Below, one piece after another: positions 54,276 through 64,000 of a DNA stretch of 64,000 bases. Every line of letters starts with the position of its first letter. Position 1 is the stretch's first letter. Made by a program: the position numbers and the translations under genes. Source of the DNA: Hyaloraphidium curvatum SAG 235-1 (Eukaryota > Fungi > Monoblepharomycota); the NCBI GenBank assembly GCA_025558095.1, contig JAIVFI010000030.1, forward strand, positions 310,001-374,000, in the 5' to 3' direction. The notes beneath the pieces were generated by a model. That model was given only the letters and a program-made list of their open reading frames with translations, was not told the origin of the DNA and did no database searches.

Positions 54276-55321
54276 TCAGGCCGACTCCGCCGCGTTCGCG
54301 TAGTCCTTGTTGTACTGCATCCGCATCGTCTCGACGTCCTTGAGGTCTTCCGGGTAGTTTGCCACCCTGGCGATCTTGCCGCTGGGGGGCTCGAGCGACA
54401 CCATGTAGAGGCTCTGCGTGGTCTTGACGGGGAACAGACCCTCGTTCATCCACTCGGTGCCGACGACGGCGGTGAAAGGCTGCCGAAGGGGAGTGAGGCA
54501 AGTACAGTTGTGCACGCCGGTGGAGCCCACGGTGAACGAATCGGGTTCGCCCAACATCTTGACCGACTTGAGGCCGCCTTCGAAGACGCTCTTGGCCAGC
54601 GCCATGCACGCCTCTTTGCCACGGCACACTTTGAACCAGGGCGCGATCCAAATGGCGTTGTCCGCCAGCGCGTCGGTGAACCCGGCGAGGTCCGCGGCGT
54701 TGGTCAGGTTGACGAGCTTGCTGAGGGCGGCCTTGGCTTCTGCACCTCCGCGAGGAGAACCACCGTCGATCCGCGTCCTGAGCTCCTTGATCGCGACTTT
54801 GTCTGCCGAGTTGATCGGGACGCTGACACTGCGGGTGGCCTCCAGGTTGTCGTTGAAGAAGTTGATGACGCGAACGCCGAAGGCGACCTTCGAACACAGA
54901 AGCGACAAAGAGTGCAAAGAGTTAACAGCAGTTCCGAACATGGCCTCCGCATTCAGATGTTTACCCTTCCTCCGGCACCGTTGTCGGTCGACCGCACGAA
55001 CTCGGACGCGACGGCGTGGATCCCCGGCGCGACGTCCGTGACGATGTCGGGGCCCGCTGTGCGATCGAACTTGGTGTTTCGCTTCGTAGCGCTCTCTGTC
55101 AGGACGGCAACGATCTCGTCCTTGCCGACGAAGATGCCTGGACGTAGGAGGCCGCTCGCGGAGCTGTTCCGGCGCAGACGCGGAGCTTCTCAATGCTTAC
55201 CCATCGCCGTGTGCACCAAGTGGGTGTCCTCGGCGTACGGACCATAGTCGGGGATCCCGGCGTTGAAGTTGTCGAAGCCGCCCTGCTCACGCTGAACGAT
55301 CTCGTTGCGGGTCGGGGCCAT
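54276..55321 (-). CDS. Tandem NTF2/SnoaL-like domain protein, copy B (intron-containing)
   Basis: MAPTRNEI...; LADNAIWIAPWFKVCRGK; both copies end DLK.VETMR..YNK..A..AESA. Confidence 0.7.
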
Positions 55322-55951
55322 GTTCTGCCCGAAGATACGCCACAGTCGCTCCAAGGTCTCGCAGCATGGGTGGGGACGGCTCACTTTTCGACAATGAGTA
55401 CTCTGCGGTCGGGAGATGCGTTGCGGGTTGGACAAGTGTCGTCGAATGGACGGTAGGTGAGTCAACCCGATCGATCGGGGACGCTCGCACAACCTTTCGG
55501 AAAAAGAGAGCGGGAATCAGAGATTCCCAAAGGGCGCGATGATTTACAAAAGTCACCATGTTCAGGATGGACGGATGTCGGCTTTTGTCCGAAGCCGAGC
55601 GCATGATGCTCACCCGCGACGCTCGCGTCCAAGGAGCCCAGACCCCTAGTCAGACAACTTGAGCAATGTAGGTTGCAGAGTACGAGCCATGAATCCTTCT
55701 CCGCTTCCAATCGGGAATCTGGAAGGCTTCCATCGGTCCGGGTGAACTGGCTGGACCCGGACGCCAGCGGCGGCTCTTTGCCACAAAGCTTCGCCCGCAG
55801 CACCGTCTCCCACTCCACCGCCGAGCAAGTCGGCGCTCACCGACGGCACGGGCCTGCCTTCGAAGCAAGCGCAGTCTCCACCGCGGCGCCTTCGGAGCAC
55901 TCTCCGACCGAACGTGGCCCCTGAAGTGCTCCGGACCGTTATCTCCGCACC

Positions 55952-58334
55952 ATGGCGCCCTCCGGCGATGCGACGGGCGCGGCAGCCGAGCCCATTGTGG
56001 ACTTTGACAACCTCGGCTTCGATCCAATAGCTCTCCGCCGCAAGTACGATGAAGAAAGAGACCGGCGGATCAGGCCGGACGGAAACGTTGGTTCTCGCCG
56101 ACCGCGGCCGCCCGGATCCCCTGACGTCCTTCAAGGATCAATACGTCAACATCTCGGACTTTTCCGAGTACCTGGTGGACCCGTATGTCCCCCACATCGA
56201 GCGGGAGCAGCTCCATGACGAGGTCGACGTGCTCATCGTCGGCGGCGGCTTCGGTGCCCAGCTCGCGGCGGTTCGGCTCCAGCAGGCCGGCGTGGGGGGC
56301 AAGCGGGTGCGAATCGTGGAGAAGGGCGGCGATTTTGGCGGGACGTGGTGTGGGTCCATCTTTGGCCGCTCCTTCTTGCGAGCCTGATTCGAGAACACTG
56401 TTGCAGACTGGAACCGCTACCCCGGGGCCCAGTGCGATATTGAGAGCTACATTTACCTTCCCTTGCTGGAAGAGACAGGCTACATGCCCGTTGAGAAGGT
56501 AGGCCCTCTTTCTCTCTGGTTTCTTGATCTCTGATCCTGGTTCCTGCAAAGTACACGCGCGCAGCCGAGATCCTCGCGTACTCCAGGGTGATCGCGGAGA
56601 AGTGGAACCTCTACGACCAGGCGATCCTGCAGACGGAGATCACGGGTATGAAGTGGGAAGAGGCATCGTCGCGCTGGGTGGTGACCACGAACCGGGGCGA
56701 CGAAATGCGCGCCCGCTTCGTGGCGCTGGTCTCGGGGCCGCTGCACCGGCCTAAGCTCGTTGGCGCCCCCGGGATCGAGAGGTTCAAGGGACACAGCTTC
56801 CATACCTCCCGCTGGGACTACGAGTACACGGGCGGCGGGCCGAACGGGGGCCTGGACAAGCTGAAGGACAAGCGCGTGGGCATCATCGGTGCGGCGCGAC
56901 AGCTTTCTTCCCGTGCTCCCGATTGCAGCTAAAGCTGTAAACTGCAGGCACCGGGGCCACCGCCATCCAGTGCGTCCCGCACCTCGGGGAGTCGGCCAAG
57001 CACCTCTACGTGTTCCAGCGCACGCCGTCGGCCGTGAGTGCCAGAGGCAACAAGCCAACCGACCCGGAGTGGGTCGCGTCCCTCAAGACGGGGTGGCAGG
57101 ACGAGCGCAAGACCAACTTCAACAACATCATGGCACCGAGCATGCATCCCGACGACATGGTCACTGAGGATCTCGTCCAGGACGGCTGGACTAGCATCTT
57201 CACGGTCTGTGGTCTTGCAGGCGCGGACGATACCGAAGCTGACGTTCGACGCCGCCAGATCCTCGCCCAGGCCGCCAAGACGGCCCCGTTGGACCCCGCC
57301 AAGATGGCCGAGCGCATCCAGCTCGCGGACTATATCGCCATGAACCGGATCCGCGACCGCGTTGACCTGATCGTCAAGGACAAGAAGACTGCCGAAGCGC
57401 TCAAGCCGTGGTACAACTTCTTCGTGGGTGTCTCCGACGCGATGGTATCCTGGCCTCTGATGCCCGTCCCGCGGATGGCGTCGTTGCTCCTCCCGGCAGT
57501 GCAAACGGTACGTCATGGCCTTCGTATCCCACCACGCACCCCTTCCTCACACGATTGCAGCCCGACATTCAACGACGACTACCTCCCCACCTTCAACCGC
57601 CCCAACGTCACGCTCGTCGACACCGCTGGCAAGGGCATCGAGCGCATCGAGGAGACCGGCGTGGTCGTGGACGGCAAGCTGTACGAAATCGACTGCCTCG
57701 TCTACGCGTGCGGCTTCGAGGTCGGCACGAGCTTCTCGCGGCGGTGCGGGTTCGAGATTTACGGGAGGGACGGGGTGAGCCTGACGGAGAAGTGGGCAGA
57801 CGGGTGCAGGACGCTGCACGGGTGAGTCGTTATGCGTTTTGCGGGCGTGGAGGCAGGACTGACTTTGCTCGGCCCCGTGTCGCCCAGGATGACCACCAAC
57901 GGCTTCCCCAACGCCTTCATCTTCATGCTCCAGCAGGCCGGCTTCACCGGCAACGTCCCGCACGTCCTGGACGAGCAGGCCCGGCACTTTGCCTACATCG
58001 TCAGCAAGGCGCTGGAGCAGGGCGCGAAGGAGGTCGAGTGCACCACCGAGGCCGAGGACGCGTGGGTGGAGGAGTGCGTGAACAAGGCGCAGCTGCGGAG
58101 GGAGTTCCTTCAGGCCTGTACGCCTGGATGTGGGCATTCCGCCGACTTTGCAACGCCAGTTCGGCAACTGACGATACGACAACAGATTACAACGACGAGG
58201 GAAAGCTGGGCAAGTCGGCGCTCATCGTGGCGCGCAACTCGCCATACGGGGCTGGATCGCAGGCGTTCATTCGCCTGATCAAGGAATGGCAGAAGGAGGG
58301 GAACATGAAGGGGCTGAAGGTGACTTTGGAGTAG
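55952..58334 (+). CDS. Type I Baeyer-Villiger monooxygenase (CDMO/PtlE-like), about 8 introns
   Basis: [33 protein letters not shown] fingerprint, IIGTGAT, FQRTP, CKRP, ACGF, CTPGYYN.EG. Confidence 0.92.
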
Positions 58335-58449
58335 ACCTACACGAGTTGATTTGCATTGCTTTGGATTGGATTGAGCAGACCAGGAGGTACTTATACACAG
58401 AACAAGCCGAAAGTAATACAGCGGTCTCAACCGCACTGGCGACCCTTGA

Positions 58450-60107
58450 TCACACATCCATCACATACGCAAGCGCCTCCTCCATGCCAGGCTCCGCGTC
58501 TACCACCGGGATCCCCCCAAAGTTGCACCGCAGCACCGTCCTCCTCAGCGCGTACGCGACCGCAAACATCGTCTCGGCGTCAGCAATCCCCTCGCAGCCG
58601 TAGATGTTGAGCTCTCTCAGGTTCGGGAAGGCCGCGGCGAGGGCCACGATGGATGCGTCGTCGACGGCGGAGAGCCCGGCCACGGAGAGGGAAAGAAGCG
58701 GACGGCGACTTCCGGTGAGCGCAGATATGGTTGCCGACGACACGGAGGTGAAGGAGATGTCCAGCTCGGCGAGGTTCCTCGCGGACTTGACGATGGCTTC
58801 CACGGAGGCGTCCTGCATCCGAGCGGCGGGCCCGGGTAAGCCTCTCGCAGGGAGGCGGCGAATGCCCGACCCACCGTGATTTCGGTAGCGCGCAGCCTGA
58901 CGACGCGGAGCCCCGGATTCGCTTCCGCAAGCCTAACCACCGCAGCGTCCGACACCTGCGTGAACCCCAGGTCGAGGAGCGCGAGAGAGGTCGTTTGCAG
59001 CTCCGACAGCGGACCGTCCGAGATGGACGTGTTCCTGAGATCCAGCAGCGTCATCTTCCGGGCCTTGGCGAAGGCGGAATGGAAGGCTCCGTCGCCGATC
59101 TCGCCGCAGGAATGGAGCCTCAGCCTCGTGATCGAATCGACCGAATCCACGAAACCACGGAAGTCTTCGTCCGCAAAGGCGACGATCGGCATGCCCAAGT
59201 CGGCTCCCGCCTCGCTACGAGTCCAGGGTCCCAGCAGAAGACTCTCGAGGGAGCGGGGGCAGCACGACGCGATCGCGTCGAAGGGGCTGGACATTTCGAG
59301 CACGCCGGACACCGACAGGGTCTTGAGTTTCGGGAGTCCCTCGAACACCGTGATCCAATCCAGCACATCGCAGTCCGCGTTGTGGGCGAGAAGGTGTTCG
59401 AGGCGGGGGTCGAGGCTCGTGAGGAAGTCGGTGGCGTGGAACAGGGCGCTTCCGCGGATCGAGACGGACTTGAGCTTCCGCTGGTAGCTGAGGTTGCAGG
59501 CGATGGTCGCCAGCGTATCGTCGTCCTCCAGGTCGGTGACCACAATGTCCGCGCGTCGGAGGGCGTGATTGAAAGGAACTCCCCTGCCGCACACCATCGC
59601 CGAAACCCCCTTTTCGAACAGTTTGACGCGATCCGACTCGGTGCCCGTCCGCCGCAAGTACGAGGGGGCCTTCTTCTTCGACACCTCGAGCTGCACGCAT
59701 TCCCAGATCCTCGGCGACGCGACCTCGAAAAAGAGCCAGCTGACGCGGCAAAGCTTGGCCGCGAGCTTCCTGCGCGGCAGGCACCAGCAGCCGCAGCCGA
59801 ACCGCTCGCACGCGTCGCCGCAGAACGGAGAGTCCAGGTGGGGGCACGGCGGGAGGGCAAAGCTCGCGATCATCCGCAGGATCTCGGGCGGCAGGCGCGG
59901 GCTGCCGGGGTTCCCCGCCTTCTGCCGGGTTTCGGCGTTCTCCGAAGAGGGTGTGAATGTGCCGAACACGCCCTCCGCCTCGCCGTCGGGGCCGGCGGGC
60001 CGGAGGAAGGCCTCCAGCCGGGGCTGCTGCGCCGGTGCCGTTGACGTGCCCGCGCGGCTTAAGTCGCGGCCCGGACGCGCGGCATCGGTCGACGACTGAG
60101 CAGGCAT
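58450..60107 (-). CDS. F-box/LRR protein with PIP-box-like motif and Cys-rich F-box insert (intron 58813-58874)
   Basis: RLPPEILRMIA...LCRVSWLF....RIW; LRRs such as LDLRNTSISD, LDLGFTQVSD, LDISFTSVS. Confidence 0.85.
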
Positions 60108-60196
60108 GGATTTGAGGACGTGCGAACGGCGGCGGTGCGGGGAGGGAAGGGGGGGGCGCGCGGGGCGAGAACGCGGTTTTGGTGCCACCACCCGGA

Positions 60197-61816
60197 TCAA
60201 CCGGGGCAGACGGCGTCCATGGTCACCTCGACGCCGAACCCCCTGAGCACCCCCCACACGCCGAACGCCACGGTCGCGAGGGTAATGTACAGCGTCCGTA
60301 TGGCCCCGAAGCTCACCACGAACCCCAGCACCTTTGCCCTGCTGTCCCCCACGCGCAGGTGCGACCCCAGCACGGCGTCGTGTGCGCGGACCGCGGGCGC
60401 GTGGGGGGAGAAGGGGCGCAGGGAGAGGAGCTCGCGGAGCTCGCGGCGGGATCGGGCGACGAGCTCCGCGACGGTTTGGATCTCGGCGTTGAAGGTGGCG
60501 GCGTTCCAGAGCTCCCTGCCGATGGTGGCGACGTTGTAGAGGAGGTAGAGGAGCATCCATGCCGGGATGCAGCGGCCGATGAACTGTTGGAGGGCACGGC
60601 GTCAGTGGGCGGGGAACGAAGGGAGGGTGAGGTCGACGGGTGCGAAGAGGTGCTCACCGCGCTCAACGCCGAAAGCAAAAGGAGCACTAGCATGTAAAAT
60701 GCCCAGACCTGCGCTGTCCACACGGTTCTGAAGTGCCGTTTCCATGAGGCACCCAGCAACGCGAGAAGTTCCGCGTACGCCATCGGCGCCTCGGGTACGT
60801 CCGCGCAGGCGCCCTTGTCCAGGCCTGCGGCGCACGTGTCCACGAGCTGCCCCAGTGACAATGACAGCGCCCGGAACCGCAGGCGCGAGGTGAGGCGCAT
60901 GATCGATGGGTGTGTCGTGCTCACCGCGAGCACTTCCGTGGCGATCATGACTGACGAAAGCACTGGCGGTGCAGGCGACCATCAACCGTTTCATACGGGT
61001 GGAACAAAAGGGAAGCCTACCGCCGAGGACATTGAGCACCGCCGACCACGGTTGGCTCCAAGTTGTCGGCCCTAGCGTCACCAAAGACGTCCATAGCATG
61101 GCCAGCTGCGAGACCAGGCTGTGCGAGGTCCTGTACACGAGCTCCGACGTTGCACCCCAGAGCAAGTTCCCCGGGGTGGAGCCGCCGCAGCCGAGGCGCG
61201 CACAGGGACACTGCGAGTCACCGTCTCTGTGCGCGGTCAGCGCCGCCGGCGTCCTCGCCTCCGGGCCTCCTTTCTCCGACCAGTCAAACAGCTGGGCCCA
61301 GCGCACGAGGCCCTCGCGTCCGTCCACCACCAAGGCGTCGAACGATTCCATCCCGGCGCGAAATCGATCCCCGTATGGAAACGTGGATCCGAAGCGGCGC
61401 TTCATGTTGACGACCCAGGCCAGCGTGTGCACCAGGTTGTATATCAGCTGCAGCGCGAAACCGAGGGCGATCTGCCGCGTCCCGAACGAGCCGGCGCCGA
61501 ACGGCCACGCGAGGGCGAAGCAGACGGCGAAGGCGAGCGTCATGGCCACGTAGCGCGGCGCCATCAGCGGCAGCGTCGCGCGCACCAGTGCAAACTGGAA
61601 CGCCGCGAGCCGGCGCACCGCGGGAAACGGCCTCAGCTCGGCCAGCTGCTCCGCGGGCGACTGCGGCGAGCGGACATCGCCGGCGGGGTCGGCCCACGCC
61701 ACGGCGGCCGCCGACGACGCGTCGGGCGCGGGCAGCGGCCGCGGGAAGAGCGCCGCGTACTCCGCCGGCGTGAAGAGCCCCGGCGCCGCGCGGGGCGGCG
61801 CGCGGGCATCCTCCAT
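60197..61816 (-). CDS. 7-TM GR-like candidate, paralog 3 (introns 60963-61020, 60584-60657)
   Basis: FTPAEY..LFP.P, DPA, CPCARLGC, TWSQPWS, GRCIP, C-terminal AKVLGFVVSFGAIRTL...CPG. Confidence 0.7.
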
Positions 61817-62267
61817 CGGAGGCGTTGTCAAGACCCCGGCAAGCGCTGAGTTGCTCGGCGTTTCCGCGAGACCGGCTTGTGAACGACCCCTGGGGCCCGG
61901 TGGCAAGTGTGACCCGCACAGTGACAGGTGACACACCTGACCGACCTCATGTTTCATGTAGTTGATCAGCTACCGCTTCAACGAGGACTCTGGTCCCTAC
62001 AAGATGTCGCCAGATCAAAGGTCCATCACTCCCTCAAGAGCCTCCTCCATGCCGTACTCCGCCTGGAATTCAGGACGCGCAGAAGCCGGGGGAGGCAGGG
62101 AGGTGGGTTATGGCGGTGAGGAAGTGCGACGAGCGGTGGCAACGTCACGCAGAGTGAGTCCGCCCCGCCCAGGCCGAATGGCGCCAACCAGCACCCCCGG
62201 ATTCATTCGCAGCCCACCTTCGAGCCTAGAGTATACAGCGATGACTCCCTGCTGCAACCGCCCGAAT

Positions 62268-63942
62268 CTAGTAGAAGTCGATCACGCGCCTCAGCGCGTC
62301 ATCCAAACCCGGCTGCCCCTCGGCGGCGGGGACTTCGGCGATGTTGAGCGAGCCCAGGGTGCGGCGCAGCTCGTAGGTGACGGCAAACAGCGTTTCGGGC
62401 TCGACGATCCCGCGGCAGCTCCCGATGTCGAGCGCGTGCAGACCCGGGAACGCCGCGGCGAGGAGGTGCATCGAGGCGTCGTCGAGAGGCAGGGAGGCCA
62501 GGTACAGAGAGCCGAGAGCCATCGTAGTCGAGTGCAGGAGAATCCTGATGCCTGTTTCGGTGACGGATGTGAAGGAGACGTCCAGGTAGCGGAGGCTTTT
62601 CGTATGCTTGACGAGGGCCGCGATCGTGGCGTCCTGTTTCGAACACGTCAGCACCAAGCCCGCCAAGAAAGCAGGCCGAGGTGCTCACGCCGATGTTGGT
62701 GCCGCGCAGCTTGACCACCAGCAGCCCCGGGTTTCTTTCCACCAGCCGCACGACCGCGCCGTCGGCCACGGCGGTTAAAGTCAGCCCAAGCACCGTCAGG
62801 GAGGTCGACTGGAGCCTCGCCAGCGATTCGTCCGACACCGACGTGAACCCGAGGTCCAGCAGGGTCATCCCGTCCGCCTTGGCAAACGCGAGGGAAAAGG
62901 CGGCGTTGCCGATCTGGAAGCAGAACTGCAGGCGCAGCCTTTTGATCGCGTCCACCCTGGCGACGAACGAACGGAAGTCCTCGTCACCGAAGCCCAGGAT
63001 CGGAATGCCTTCCTCCCGCAACTCCTCGCTCACATCCCAGGGACCGAGGAGCAGGCTGTCGAGGGTGCGAGGCGAGCAATCCGCAATCGCAGGGAAGGGC
63101 GTGGGCCCTTCGAGGGAACCCGAGATGGCGAACGTTCTCAGCCTGGGAAGCTTGAGAAGGATCGCGCTCCATACGGTCGGACTACAGTCGGCGTTGTGCG
63201 CCTGGAGGTGCTCGATGGTCCCGTCGGAACAGCGGACGCTCTTCCAAAGGAGACCGCCGGCGTCGAAGTGGCTCTCGGCGCGCACAGAGAGGGTCCGCAG
63301 CCCGTTCTGCCCCGAGAGAACGTTGCTGAGGCGGTCGAGCGCAGAGTCATCCGTCCCCGGGTCGAGGATCACCTCGACGCGGTTCAGCATGCGGCCGGCA
63401 TGATGGGGCGTGCGGCGCGCCAGGGCATCCATCCCGTCCGCGAATAGCAACAAGCGATCCGACTCGGTCCTCCCCGCCCCCGTCCCGAACGAGGTCCTCC
63501 TGCCCGAAAGCTCGAGGTCCGCGCACCCCCAGATCCTCCGCGACGCCACCTCGCAGAAGAGCCAGCTGACGCGGCACAGCTTGGCGGCCAGCTTCCGCCG
63601 GAAGCGGCACGGGCAACTGCATCCGGCGCGCTCGCACGAGGGGTCGCAGTACGGCTCTTTGCGGAACGAGCACGGCGGGAGGGCGAGGTGCACGATCATC
63701 CGCAGGATCTCGGGGGGCAGGCGCGGGCTGCCGGGGTTCCCCGCCTTCCGCGGGGTTTCCGCCGCGTCGATGACGGTGGGGAATGGAGCTGAAGCGCCGT
63801 CCGAACCCTCCGCCCCACCCTTCGGGCCGGCGGGCGCGAAGAAGGCCTCCATGCGGGGCTGCCGCGCCGACGCCTTGGCCGCGCCCGGGGCCCCCGAGTC
63901 GCGGCCCGGGCGCCCGACATCGACAGTTGAATGAGCAGGCAT
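62268..63942 (-). CDS. F-box/LRR protein, paralog of 58450-60107 (intron 62634-62688)
   Basis: Identical KAGNPGSPRLPPEILRMI, RRKLAAKLCRVSWLF and SLLLGPW; same intron position. Confidence 0.85.
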
Positions 63943-64000
63943 GCGCGTCGATGGCGCGGGAACGGCGGGGGAGCGGGAAGGAAGGCGGGACCCGCGGGAC

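Noticed and set aside
1-64000. Bacterial origin, prokaryotic Hen1-Pnkp RNA repair operon, CRISPR arrays, transposases
   Set aside because: Spliceosomal introns and eukaryote-specific genes occur throughout; HEN1 lacks the bacterial N-terminal domain and a Pnkp neighbour; no repeat-spacer array or transposase/RT motif was seen.

Overview
Gene-dense, GC-rich eukaryotic nuclear DNA, not a bacterial window. Many genes are split by short (about 50-80 nt) GT-AG introns with CTGAC/CTRAY-like branch points, so the ORF track fragments them. Gene content and intron style point to an early-diverging fungus; a Monoblepharidomycete such as Hyaloraphidium is my guess, not shown by the sequence. I reconstructed about 40 protein genes. 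Core eukaryotic genes: HAUS8-like, HEN1, FAM210-like, CMR1/WDR76, NAA50-like, ankyrin kinase and a stand-alone histidinol dehydrogenase. Bacterial-type metabolic enzymes, many intron-containing: homospermidine synthase, haloalkane dehalogenase, Baeyer-Villiger monooxygenase, DUF1989, VOC and five SnoaL/NTF2 genes. Locally expanded families: four MYND-finger genes, two F-box/LRR paralogs and three paralogous 7-TM proteins. Most interesting: (1) the three 7-TM paralogs, whose predicted topology and C-terminal motif match the insect GR/OR-like 7TM ion-channel superfamily, two lying about 90 nt upstream of F-box genes; (2) F-box/LRR paralogs with a conserved PCNA-binding PIP box and a Cys6 insert; (3) a 14-kb run around homospermidine synthase that could be a polyamine-derived metabolic cluster. 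Several homopolymer frameshifts suggest residual assembly errors. No rRNA, tRNA, CRISPR or intact transposon was recognised. All assignments are by motif recognition, without database searches.
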